Shown piece by piece: positions 34,549 to 43,971 of a stretch of 64,000 bases of DNA. The translations under genes were made by a program, and so were the position numbers. The number at the start of each line of letters is the position of its first letter. Position 1 is the first letter of the stretch. The DNA comes from an uncultured Bacteroidales bacterium. GTDB taxonomy: Bacteria; Bacteroidota; Bacteroidia; Bacteroidales; VadinHA17. Below the pieces are notes generated by a model. It was not told where the DNA came from. It saw only the letters and a list, made by a program, of their open reading frames with translations, and did not search any database. The stretch lies in the NCBI GenBank assembly GCA_963782945.1, contig CAWALO010000022.1, positions 801 to 64,800 on the forward strand, read 5' to 3'.

Positions 34549-35544
34549 TCACTTACACCAGTCAGCACGTTCCCTGAACTCCGATTGAAAATCGTTCTTC
34601 CACCTGGAAATTGATGAACCCCCTGGCCCGTCAACATAATGATTTGTAGTTCCCTTTCGCACGTACTGTCCTCCCCAACCGGGCTGGGTTGGATCTTCAG
34701 GATTATTGATTCCACGGTTTGCACTTACCAGGTAAAGAAAGGAAGGTGAGTCACCCTCAATCACTCCGGGGCCGGACATTGCTTTGGGCGGGTATATCGC
34801 ACAGAGAGGACCGTGGTTGTTAATGATATTTGTTTCGACCCACTCCCTGCTATCGCTGCTGAACATTCCCTGGTAGGTTTTTTTCGACTCGATGATAAAT
34901 AAATCAGGAAACTCATTGATGAGCCAATCGTGTGTTGCATCCTGACAGGCAATCAGAAAGATGCGGAGTTTACTTATGAAAACCTTGAACTCCTGTTCAC
35001 TACGCGTGTTTTTTACATCCCAGATTGCCTGTGCAACCTCCCGTGGACCTCCCCATACACTGATCCAAAGAGGACGTGGATCTGGCTTGTCAGCAGCAGC
35101 AATAATAGCATTCGAAGCCTCACTGTCCAGGCCCTTCCCAATAATCTCAGTATGCATTTGTTTTCCACATCCCCATTGAATTTTAACACCATTGTTATTA
35201 CCCTTGCCCTCGTATGTAACAGCACGCAGAGCATCAGCAGTTGGATAGCCGGGATCATGTTTTCTCAGGTTCTCATCCACCTTGTCGTATTCATCAAGCA
35301 CTGCCAGAATATTTTTCTTTTCGGCAACCATTTCAAAAGTACCCGCCGAAGCAATCAATCCCTCAACGTCAAATTCGCTGGAATAAAGGAGGAAACGAAC
35401 CATCGACTGCACATCATCAGGGTCGCTGTTGGTAACCGGAAAAGGTGGGAAATCGGATGAAATTATAATACGTTGTTGAGAGTATCCTGTTTTAAATATA
35501 ACAAGGAATAATGAAAATATAAGTATGTGTTGTATCCTATTCAT
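34549..35544 (-). CDS. DUF1593 nucleoside-hydrolase-like protein, catalytic domain only, copy 3
   Basis: SSDFPP...SDPDDVQSMVRFLLY, WGGPREVAQA, QD, EGDSPSFL, WGG; ends RADWCK; signal peptide. Confidence 0.85.
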   Translation of the reverse strand: MNRIQHILIFSLFLVIFKTGYSQQRIIISSDFPPFPVTNSDPDDVQSMVRFLLYSSEFDVEGLIASAGTFEMVAEKKNILAVLDEYDKVDENLRKHDPGYPTADALRAVTYEGKGNNNGVKIQWGCGKQMHTEIIGKGLDSEASNAIIAAADKPDPRPLWISVWGGPREVAQAIWDVKNTRSEQEFKVFISKLRIFLIACQDATHDWLINEFPDLFIIESKKTYQGMFSSDSREWVETNIINNHGPLCAIYPPKAMSGPGVIEGDSPSFLYLVSANRGINNPEDPTQPGWGGQYVRKGTTNHYVDGPGGSSISRWKNDFQSEFRERADWCK

Positions 35545-35562
35545 TTTAATATTGCAGATTTC

Positions 35563-36972
35563 CTATTTTGCCGGTTCAAAAATTACTCTTCGGTAACTGG
35601 TCAGATTAGGCACGCCGTCATCTGTTATTTCGCATATTACATGAAAATTTTTTCCTGCCGAACCGGCCGGAACATCAATGGCAACAATGCTTGTGTTACC
35701 TTTTGCTATGGTTATCTCATTCGAGTATGTACCTGCTTCAGGTTGTACCCACCATTTGAAGGTCAGTTTATCGCCATCAGGGTCATATGATTCTGATGCC
35801 TCAAGAGTAATCGTAGTTCCTTGCCGGGGTTTCTTCTTCAGGATTTCAACCCCCTCATTTTTATCAATAACTGCGACTGGATTCCGGTTTCCCTTGCCTT
35901 CATTCGCCCAATCCATACGTGCTGCAAAATTGTTAAATGTTGCCGTGTAGAAATGTTCTTCATATTTTCGGCAGGTATTGTAGGTTGAGTTTCTGTGGTT
36001 TGTAAATGCATAAGTTGAATTGTCTTCACACAACTGCCATTCAGAGTATCCACCCCAGCCAGCCTGTGTTGGTTCGTCCGGGTTGTTCAGTCCGTTGGGC
36101 AAAATATGCAGAAATGCGGGTGTGTCACCTTCCACACCATATTTGTATTTCGGATAAACCCTGCCAAGATTTCCATGGTTCTGAATATGAGTTGCATATT
36201 CTTCCCAACTACTTTTTCCGGTTCCGTTCTGGTATTTCCAGGCACATTCATCCCAAATAAAAAACAGGTCTTTTTCAAACTCACGGCGCATCCATTGGTG
36301 GGAACTGATGTCAAAATCGGTTCTTTGGTCACGGTCCTGATCGGTAATGGTGTAAACACGAAGTTTATGCAGGAAAGCTTTTAACTCTTCGGGGCTCCGG
36401 GTTTGCTGAACGCGCCAGATTGCCTGCGCCAGTGTGTTGCCTCCACCCCAAACAGTTATCCAAACCGGACGGTCATCATTTTCATCAGCAAGTTTAATAA
36501 TCAGGTCGCTGCCGGGAGAATCATTGTTTTTCCCGATAAATCTGAAGCCCCTGTTTTTACTTCCAAACATGGTCTGTTTTCTTAAGTATTCTGCACTTGG
36601 CCAGTAACCGGTTTTTTGTATTGATTCCTCTTTTAAAAATTTCTTCTGTCCTGAACGTTTCATCAGATTCGGTAAATCTTTTTCGTAGGCATCAGTTGCA
36701 TCATGAATTAAATGAAAAAAATCATCGCGGGTTTTATCCAGACTCCAGCCCGTAGTAAAAATCATTCCTTCGATTTCGAAAAGGTCGGCATGAACAAGTA
36801 GCCTGACAAGTGATTCGCTATCGTCTGTTTCCCAGGTTGAGACATCAGTAAGTACAACTATTCTGGGCTTAAGTGGACCTGATTTGGGTATTAATTTTTG
36901 CTTTGGTTGAGCACAAATACCTTGCAAAAAGGTTATAACCAGTAAAAGAACCAGAGGAAGTTTAATTCTCAT
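35563..36972 (-). CDS. DUF1593 nucleoside-hydrolase-like protein with C-terminal Ig-like domain, copy 4
   Basis: RIVVLTDVSTWETDD, WGGGNTLAQA, ITDQD, EGDTPAFL, NNFAARMDW, DPDGD; probable start 36972. Confidence 0.88.
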   Translation of the reverse strand: MRIKLPLVLLLVITFLQGICAQPKQKLIPKSGPLKPRIVVLTDVSTWETDDSESLVRLLVHADLFEIEGMIFTTGWSLDKTRDDFFHLIHDATDAYEKDLPNLMKRSGQKKFLKEESIQKTGYWPSAEYLRKQTMFGSKNRGFRFIGKNNDSPGSDLIIKLADENDDRPVWITVWGGGNTLAQAIWRVQQTRSPEELKAFLHKLRVYTITDQDRDQRTDFDISSHQWMRREFEKDLFFIWDECAWKYQNGTGKSSWEEYATHIQNHGNLGRVYPKYKYGVEGDTPAFLHILPNGLNNPDEPTQAGWGGYSEWQLCEDNSTYAFTNHRNSTYNTCRKYEEHFYTATFNNFAARMDWANEGKGNRNPVAVIDKNEGVEILKKKPRQGTTITLEASESYDPDGDKLTFKWWVQPEAGTYSNEITIAKGNTSIVAIDVPAGSAGKNFHVICEITDDGVPNLTSYRRVIFEPAK

Positions 36973-37069
36973 GAATGATAAGATTATTATAAGTATTAGT
37001 ATCAATTTCCGGAAGACGGGCCTTCCAGAACAATTTTAAAGACATCCCATTGTTCAATCTGGGTTTTTT

Positions 37070-37165
37070 CTTTTTGCAGATTGCGCCTTTTTTCATAGCC
37101 AGAAAAAAAAACTCGGCTTCCAGTGATTTCATGACCAGCCCGACAACAGGGATCTTATTTTTCAT
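37070..37165 (-). pseudogene. 5' stub of a second RbsB-like sugar-binding gene
   Basis: MKNKIPVVGLVMKSLEAEFFFLAMKKGA versus intact MKNKPIIGLVMKSLHAEFFQEMKKGA; similarity then ends. Confidence 0.75.
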
Positions 37166-37196
37166 GCCTGAATTATTATTTAATTTAAAATATCAG

Positions 37197-37781
37197 TTAG
37201 GCTTTATCGTGGTTATAGAGGTCCCAGCCTAAATAGTGACCGATGGCTTCATCCAGTATCTCTGCTACATGACCTCGTACCATTGCAACATGGTGTTCGT
37301 ACCCGTTTTTGCACATGTATTTCATCAGTTTATTCAGGTTCCCGGTAAAATAATACTTCATTTTAACGGGTGCACCTTCTCCCGGTTTTGCTTCAATTAT
37401 GAAATTAAAAATTATTCCGCCTAGCCAGGCTATACCGCTGCCAATCGGGAATGCAACAGACATTCCGGCAACAGCAATGGCTGCAACAAGTAGAAGGTTT
37501 CCGAGATTCCAGACAGTACCAACCAGCGTGGCGTAAAAAATGCTGCGGCCATTTGCCTGATTCAGATCTTCAACAAATGTTCTGCCATGCTCACCAAAAC
37601 TTCCGGCGGTAAATCCCCATAACAGAGCAGTCAATACGAGGCCTAAAACAAAATCCCAGTAGAATAATTCAAAGCGCCATGTTTTTGCAGCCAGTTTTTG
37701 GGTATTTGACCACGAACCCCAACAGACCATGCAAAATACAAAAGCACAAACTGCGAGTCAGTAATTTTCAATGAGAAACAT
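37197..37781 (-). pseudogene. Chimeric remnant: internally deleted GRP-family sugar transporter fused to an isomerase C-terminus
   Basis: ATG at 37781 with in-frame TGA at codon 8; N-part matches 55851-56870, jumps to GAPVKM..YF.G, then to LMKYMCKNGYEHHVAMVRGHVAEIL, which matches the C-terminus of 56882-58297. Confidence 0.85.
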
Positions 37782-37816
37782 AGTGTATCCCTTTCGTTAG
37801 ATTAGTTATTAAATAC

Positions 37817-38776
37817 TTACACATTCTTAATCATTTTTTCTGCTTCATTGCTTAATCCCGGACCAGATATCCCATAATGGTTAAATACTTCCAACTGCGA
37901 ACCGGTTACAGTATCTTCCTCAGGGATCCCAATCCTTCTAAATGGGACCGACAAGCCTGCTTCCATAATGACTGCTGCACATGCTTCGCCTAATCCGCCA
38001 TTTATGCTATGTTCTTCAACTACAATAATTGCCTTGCACTCTTTCGCGGCTTTCAAAATGGCTCCGGTATCGAGGGGTTTAATCGTGTGCATGCTCAATA
38101 CACGGGCACTTATGTTTTTTGTATTTAATATTTTCGCAGCTTCAACAGCAGGCAGAACTGTTTCGCCACAGGCAATAAATGCAGCATCATTTCCTTCCAG
38201 GATGGTCGATGCTTTTCCTAATTCAAATGTGTCACTAACTGAATGCAGGTCAGGAATTTTCTTCTTTCCGAACTTTATATAGAATGGTTTATCCGAACCT
38301 GATGCCGCTTTTATTGCTTCTCTTGTTTCGAAGTTATCGGCCGGGACAACAATGGTGATATTATTTATGGTTCTTAATACTGCCACATCGTGCAGGGAGT
38401 GATGGGTGTTTCCCAGTGCACCATAACTTACCCCTGAACTTATTCCGACAAGGTTTACCGGATAGTTGGAATAAGCTACATCATTTTTTATCTGCTCCAG
38501 AGAGCGGGTCGACAGGAAACAACCCGGAGAGCTCACAAATACTTTCTTACCTGTCGAAGCGAGACCGGCTGCCACACCTACCAGGTTTTGTTCAGCAATA
38601 CCTACCTCAACAATTTGTTCAGGATATTTCTCAGCAAACGGGATTAATCGGCTGGAACCACGGGAGTCGCTTGTAACTGCTATGATTGTAGTGTCGTTGG
38701 CGGCAAGGTCAATAAGCGTGTCGCAAAAAACCTCGAGATTAGCCTTGCCTTCAATGAGTTGATCGGTTATCTTCAT
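37817..38776 (-). CDS. aptB: Split transketolase C-terminal subunit, putative apulose-4-phosphate transketolase B
   Basis: TSDSRGS, GIAEQN, RSLEQIKND, SYGALGNTHH and KPLD motifs; the specific name rests on gene context. Confidence 0.7.
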   Translation of the reverse strand: MKITDQLIEGKANLEVFCDTLIDLAANDTTIIAVTSDSRGSSRLIPFAEKYPEQIVEVGIAEQNLVGVAAGLASTGKKVFVSSPGCFLSTRSLEQIKNDVAYSNYPVNLVGISSGVSYGALGNTHHSLHDVAVLRTINNITIVVPADNFETREAIKAASGSDKPFYIKFGKKKIPDLHSVSDTFELGKASTILEGNDAAFIACGETVLPAVEAAKILNTKNISARVLSMHTIKPLDTGAILKAAKECKAIIVVEEHSINGGLGEACAAVIMEAGLSVPFRRIGIPEEDTVTGSQLEVFNHYGISGPGLSNEAEKMIKNV

Positions 38777-38869
38777 GAAAAGAATGTATTACTTTTTTTT
38801 TCTTAAATCATATACCATCTGTTTTATTTCAGGCTTTTCTATAGATTCTAACACGATGGCAAATTGTAG

Positions 38870-39721
38870 TTAAATTAATTGTGCTTCTAATTCTTTAACT
38901 GCTTTTTCATATTCTTCGTCTGAAGGAACTCTGTGGTGCCATTTTTTAACATCTTCCATAAAGCTGACACCCTTGCCTTTAATGGTATTGGCGATTATTA
39001 ATGTTGGTTTGTCTTTTACTGTAGGGACTTCCTTTAACACTTTACGAAGCTCCGTGATATTATGACCATCGGCAGTAATTACATTCCAGCCGAAGGCTTT
39101 CCATTTTTCATCTATTGGATAAGGGCTGCAAACTTCGGTAGTCCTGCCTGTAATCTGCAATGTATTACGATCCAGAATGGCCACAAGATTGTCGAGCTTA
39201 TAATGTGCCGCCAGCATAGCCGCTTCCCAATTCGAGCCTTCAGCAAGTTCCCCGTCACCGATAAGAGTGAAAACACGATATGAGGCTTTGTCTTTTTTAC
39301 CAGCCAGGGAAATTCCTGATGAGATGGCTAAGCCGTGCCCAAGGGCTCCGGTATTAAATTCAATGCCATTAACTTTCCGTGTTGGGTGACCAATATAGGG
39401 TGATTTATATTTGCCGATAGTTTTAAGATCGGATTCTGGGAAAAAACCACGTTCTGCAAGTACAACGTACAATATTTCAACTGCATGACCTTTGCTTTGA
39501 ATATATCGGTCACGGTTTTTATCATGAAAGTTCTCCGGGGAAACATTCATAACATCATTATATAGCACATTAAGTATGTCGACACTGGAAAGATCGCCTC
39601 CTGTATGTCCTGCCCCTGCCATTTTAATATACTTCAGCAGGGCCAGTCTGTACCTAATCGATTTATGCTGAAGTTCTAAATCCGTATATTTTTCCATTTT
39701 TATAGTTTCATTCTCAATCAT
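38870..39721 (-). CDS. aptA: Split transketolase N-terminal subunit, putative apulose-4-phosphate transketolase A
   Basis: GHTGGDLS, RDRYIQSKGH, TGALGHG, GDGELAEGSNWE and WHH motifs; the specific name rests on gene context. Confidence 0.7.
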   Translation of the reverse strand: MIENETIKMEKYTDLELQHKSIRYRLALLKYIKMAGAGHTGGDLSSVDILNVLYNDVMNVSPENFHDKNRDRYIQSKGHAVEILYVVLAERGFFPESDLKTIGKYKSPYIGHPTRKVNGIEFNTGALGHGLAISSGISLAGKKDKASYRVFTLIGDGELAEGSNWEAAMLAAHYKLDNLVAILDRNTLQITGRTTEVCSPYPIDEKWKAFGWNVITADGHNITELRKVLKEVPTVKDKPTLIIANTIKGKGVSFMEDVKKWHHRVPSDEEYEKAVKELEAQLI

Positions 39722-39784
39722 ATGGTCTTTAGCTTTTTCAGGCTTACCAGATATTTCGTTTACAAGCTTAAAACACTTTTAAAG

Positions 39785-39792
39785 CAAACATA
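39785..39792 (-). promoter_or_regulatory. Putative -7 promoter element upstream of the transketolase pair
   Basis: TATGTTTG on the minus strand about 65 nt upstream of the ORF start. Confidence 0.4.
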
Positions 39793-39931
39793 AAGAAAAT
39801 AAACGTAAATATAGGTAATTAATAAATAAAAATTAAAAAGACCAACAAAAGTCAGATTTTTATCCTTTGTCAGTACGATTTGAATGAGGTGTATTGGAAA
39901 TAGCCTGACGTTTAAGACAGCAACATTTTCT

Positions 39932-40693
39932 TTATGCAATAATGATCTTAATGTCATTGTTTCTAAGCATAATGCTATCTTCCTCGCTAATATCCGGGTC
40001 AGTGATCAGAAAATCAATCAATGAAAGGGCGCCGAGACTGGCAAAAGAACTTTTACCGACTTTGCTGGAGTCAGCAACAAGGTAAACTTCATTGGCTGAA
40101 TCGATCATGGCGCGTTTAACGACAATGTCACTTATACTTGGGTATGTAAGACCAGACTTCAATGTGATACCTGCAGTTGCCAGAAAGAGTTTGTCTACAT
40201 TTAAACCATTAAAAAAATCAGCGGCTTTCTGTCCAGTTAATGAAAGGGTAGGGGCTTTGAATTCACCCCCTGTTACAACAAGGTTAATCTCAGGTATCTC
40301 ACCGAGTATCAGAGCAATATTCAGAGAATTAGTGATTACTGTCAGGTTTTTAAAGTTCATGATCAGTTTGGCAATTTCGGTAGTTGTAGAACCTGAATCC
40401 AGAATAATAATGTCACCATCGTTAATATACTCAAGCGCTTTCCTGGCAATGGCAGCCTTTTCAGGCAGGTGGTCCTGGTTTTGAAGTACAATGTTCTTAA
40501 CATTCAGTCCGATATTTTTCAGATATGCACCTCCATGCTCTCTCTCTATAGTACCTTCTTTTTCAAGCTTTTCCAGATCCTGACGAATTGTGACTTCAGT
40601 GACTTTAAAAATCTTACTGAGCTGAATGACTGTCGCATGTCCGTCTTCTGTGATCAGATCCAGGATTTTTTTTCTTCGTTCGTGTGGTAACAT
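39932..40693 (-). CDS. DeoR/GlpR-family transcriptional regulator
   Basis: ERRKKIL, VTEVTIRQDL..LE, HGGA, EKAAIA, LDSGSTT, ITNS and ADSSK motifs. Confidence 0.93.
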   Translation of the reverse strand: MLPHERRKKILDLITEDGHATVIQLSKIFKVTEVTIRQDLEKLEKEGTIEREHGGAYLKNIGLNVKNIVLQNQDHLPEKAAIARKALEYINDGDIIILDSGSTTTEIAKLIMNFKNLTVITNSLNIALILGEIPEINLVVTGGEFKAPTLSLTGQKAADFFNGLNVDKLFLATAGITLKSGLTYPSISDIVVKRAMIDSANEVYLVADSSKVGKSSFASLGALSLIDFLITDPDISEEDSIMLRNNDIKIIIA

Positions 40694-40978
40694 TGATCTT
40701 ATCTTATTTATGAGTTCTGTAAATATCTATGGTGTTTGACACACTATTAAAGCATGAATATATAAAATTTCATAGAAGATTTATAATATCGAAAGATATA
40801 TATTTCCTCAATTATAAACGAAGCTAAACGAAAGTTAAATTTTTCAAAGAATAAAACATCCAAAGAATAGTAAGTATATTTACGGGAATTATACGAATAA
40901 ATGCAGGTTTATATACTTATAAATGGTTCCTGTGAAATCTTAAAATAAATCCATATCAGGAAATTTCTGATCGACAGT

Positions 40979-41235
40979 GTGAGTAAATATTTATTGCTTT
41001 TCCTGGTAATAATTTCCATTAGCTAACTAAGTTGTTCGCGAAATAAGAACAAAAACATATCAGAACTTAAAGAAAAGCCCCGGGTAGTTGTAAGTTCAGA
41101 TATTGGAGGTACAGATCCGGATGATTGAAAATAATATTAAAGGTATCGGAGTAATGAGCACCGATTTTGGTAATTATTATGGCGGTTCCATCAAAATGGG
41201 AGATATCCCTTCGTTAGCTTATCTCTTGAATGGAA
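40979..41235 (+). pseudogene. Decayed DUF1593 gene, paralog of 31736-33058, on the opposite strand
   Basis: Reads VSKYLLLFLVIISIS*LSCS...KPRVVVSSDIGGTDPDD*, then shifts frame to GGSIKMGDIPSLAYLLN; large internal deletion. Confidence 0.75.
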
Positions 41236-42001
41236 AAGCTGATCGAACAGTATACGAGGGAATCTGGTGTCAGGAAGCTCGACAAACGACTGGCAAAAAT
41301 CGTAAGGATAACTGCCAAAAACATTGCATCTGAAACAAAATACAATCCGGAGCTTTTCGAAAGGAAACTGGGCGAAATACCCGGCCCTCCAAAATTCAAC
41401 CGTGATATTTATTCCGGCAACGATCAAGCTGGTGTCGTAACTGGCCTTGCATGGACGGCGGCTGGAGGAAAGATATTGTTCGTGGAGACAAGTCTCAGCA
41501 ATGGAACAGAAAAGCTGACTCTTACTGGAAACCTGGGTGAGGTGATGAAGGAATCTGCAATAATTGCCCTTGAATACCTCAAATCAAAAGCTGATCTTTT
41601 GAACCTTCCCGATAATTATGCGAAGAAGTGGAATATTCATATCCATGTCCCTGAAAGTGCCATACCCAAGGATGGACCGTCACCAGGAATAACAATGGCC
41701 ACATCAATTGCCTCCGCCTTACTCAGAGAAAAGTAAGGAAATACCTTGCCATGACCGGAGAGATTACACTCAGGGGCAAAGTATTACCGAAGGAGGAATG
41801 AAGGAAAAAATTCTTGCTGCGAAACGTGCCGATATTAAAGAAATAATTATTTCCGAAAAGAACCGGAAAGATGATGAGGATATTAAGGAAATATATATTA
41901 AAGGACTGAAGTTCCATTATGTGGGAACCATTATGGGAGTACTGGATCTGGCCCTTCTGAGGCAAAAGGTGAATAATCCTAAGAATATGTCATTCGAATA
42001 A
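41236..42001 (+). pseudogene. lon: Lon protease 3' fragment with two frameshifts
   Basis: YTRESGVRKL, GLAWT..GG, LTGNLGEVMKESA, HIHVP...PKDGPS; AMTGEITLRGKVLP and GGMKEKILAA lie in different frames; N-domain and most of the AAA+ domain absent. Confidence 0.85.
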
Positions 42002-42103
42002 AGAAGTAAGTTTTTATTGTAAACGGCTGATTAATTCAGAGCATCTATTATAAATGACCGTCTTCAGGGCAAGCTAAGGCAACGGTGCCAACTATTAAAG
42101 AGA

Positions 42104-42138
42104 AGGGAAACACACGATAAGAATATGTGTGTTTCCCT
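42104..42138. terminator. Hairpin between susD and the convergent lon fragment
   Basis: 12-bp perfect stem agggaaacacac / gtgtgtttccct. Confidence 0.6.
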
Positions 42139-42204
42139 CACCTAATCTGGAACGAGAAAATTTAACGATTACTATAAATACCCTTTGATATGGGTTAGTT
42201 CATA

Positions 42205-43947
42205 CTAATATCCGTCATTCTGAGCATTTCCGGCTGTATTGAGGTTGAGTGCCTGCTGCGGTATCGGGCGATATACTTTTTGTTTACCGTCGGGGCCAAT
42301 GAAGTCGGCTTCTTCACCGAATTCCGGATTGTAAAGCACGTTATACTCAACCAGTTTTTTGGTACGACGAAGGTCTGTCCAACGGAACTTTTCAAATGCA
42401 AGTTCCAAAGCACGTTCCTCAAGGAGATCATCGATATCTGCATCCGTAACCTGGTATTCTGCCGGAAGGAGACCGCTTCCCATGAAAGCGCGTTCGCGTA
42501 CTACATTGATATATTGATCAACTTTGGTCTGATTACCACCAACTTTCAGCCAGGCTTCTGCTGCTATAAGATAAGTTTCGCCCAAACGGGCCAATACTAT
42601 GTCACGATAACATTTATTAGCTCCAAAAGTAGATTCCGGATCGTCAAATTTCGTGATATTAACAATACCAAATGGAGCATTTCCTACAGTACAAGCTTCA
42701 TAATAGCTACACGGTTGCTCATCAGGATGTATTGTCGGATCTTTCATCGGAATTACAATAGTCTGACTACGGGCAGCAGGGTCTTCAGCACGCCAGGCTG
42801 CGATATCAGCCGGGTCACTAGCATACCAGGGAGGATAATAGAAGGCTACAGAAAGACCAGCCGTACCACCTGTTATGTATGGTGCATAATAATTGCCGGT
42901 TGTTTGCTTCAGAACAAGGGTGGAAGCGTCGGTGCAATATAATTCCTCCATGAATGAGGCGTTGTAACGAGAGTCTCCTGGTTGGAAGAGCATCATCAGA
43001 CGTAAGGATGGCAGTGCCGTTGAAGAGGTATATTTGTAACCCTGATCAGCGCCTCCAAGATATTGGCCGTACCAAAATTGTAGGTTGTTGCCATTATCCT
43101 CTTCAGTAATACCAGCCGCAAGAGATGAAGCACGGTCATACTGGATAGCAAAGAGTACTTCCTGATGTGCATTGTCTTTCGAAGGCCACCATAGCTGATC
43201 GTAAGTTTCGTCGAGGCCAGTGCCCATGGCTATTGCAGCTTCGGCATAAGTTGCAGCCGTTGTAAAATAAGCAGCATTGTTAAGGTCCCAGCCAGCAGTC
43301 AGATAGGCTTTTGCCAGAAAGTGCTTAATCGCCTGTTTGTTTACACGCCCATTTAAGTCTTTATCGGGCAGGGTACTATTATTAAGGATATCTTCCCATT
43401 CAGTAAAAATAAAACTGAAAACAGTCTCTTTGGTATCACGGGGCAAATTAATTACAATCTCGTTCACATAATCCTGAACAATAGGCACGCCACCAAAATG
43501 CTGTACCAGTTCATAATAAAAATAGGCGCGTAAAAACCTGGCTTCAGCTTTACGAAGTGCAATCAGAGTTGCATCCGCATCTACTTTATCAGCATAATAG
43601 AGTACGCAATTTGCTGCCTGTATCCCTATATAACAATCGGTATAAAAGTCCTCAACAGTGGAGTTAGTGGAGACTAAATCTTTGTAGTTATGCAAAGCTA
43701 CATCGGGCATATCGCCACGTCCGGAGTTGTACAAATCGGTACCACTGCTGAACATAGCAATGCTACCACCGTACAGTGGTTTTAATCTTGCATAGGCGAA
43801 ATTTACCAGCGTTTCAAAACCTGCCTCAGTGGTAAAATAGGTATTAGAATCTACTTTCGATTTATTTTCAGCATCAAGGAAATCCTCACAGCTATGTAGC
43901 GTAAGCAAACCCATTAATGTTGCTACTATAAATAATATCTTTTTCAT
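42205..43947 (-). CDS. susD: SusD/RagB-family glycan-binding lipoprotein
   Basis: MKKILF...HSCEDFLD lipobox; AEARFLRAYFYYELV..FGGVP, RLGETYL..AEA, ERALELAFE..RW.DL.R and PIP...QNDGY motifs. Confidence 0.93.
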   Translation of the reverse strand: MKKILFIVATLMGLLTLHSCEDFLDAENKSKVDSNTYFTTEAGFETLVNFAYARLKPLYGGSIAMFSSGTDLYNSGRGDMPDVALHNYKDLVSTNSTVEDFYTDCYIGIQAANCVLYYADKVDADATLIALRKAEARFLRAYFYYELVQHFGGVPIVQDYVNEIVINLPRDTKETVFSFIFTEWEDILNNSTLPDKDLNGRVNKQAIKHFLAKAYLTAGWDLNNAAYFTTAATYAEAAIAMGTGLDETYDQLWWPSKDNAHQEVLFAIQYDRASSLAAGITEEDNGNNLQFWYGQYLGGADQGYKYTSSTALPSLRLMMLFQPGDSRYNASFMEELYCTDASTLVLKQTTGNYYAPYITGGTAGLSVAFYYPPWYASDPADIAAWRAEDPAARSQTIVIPMKDPTIHPDEQPCSYYEACTVGNAPFGIVNITKFDDPESTFGANKCYRDIVLARLGETYLIAAEAWLKVGGNQTKVDQYINVVRERAFMGSGLLPAEYQVTDADIDDLLEERALELAFEKFRWTDLRRTKKLVEYNVLYNPEFGEEADFIGPDGKQKVYRPIPQQALNLNTAGNAQNDGY

Positions 43948-43971
43948 ATCACAGATTTTATATGTCATTAA

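Noticed and set aside
31736-37005. DUF1593 genes as nucleoside salvage enzymes
   Set aside because: No nucleoside transporter, ribokinase or nucleobase genes in the window; exported and embedded among pectin enzymes. Disfavoured, not excluded.
37758-37760. In-frame TGA as recoding or readthrough
   Set aside because: The same gene has two large deletions, and intact genes in the window end in TGA, so it is ordinary decay.
41700-41800. Programmed frameshifting in lon
   Set aside because: Two separate shifts plus loss of the 5' part of the gene indicate a pseudogene.
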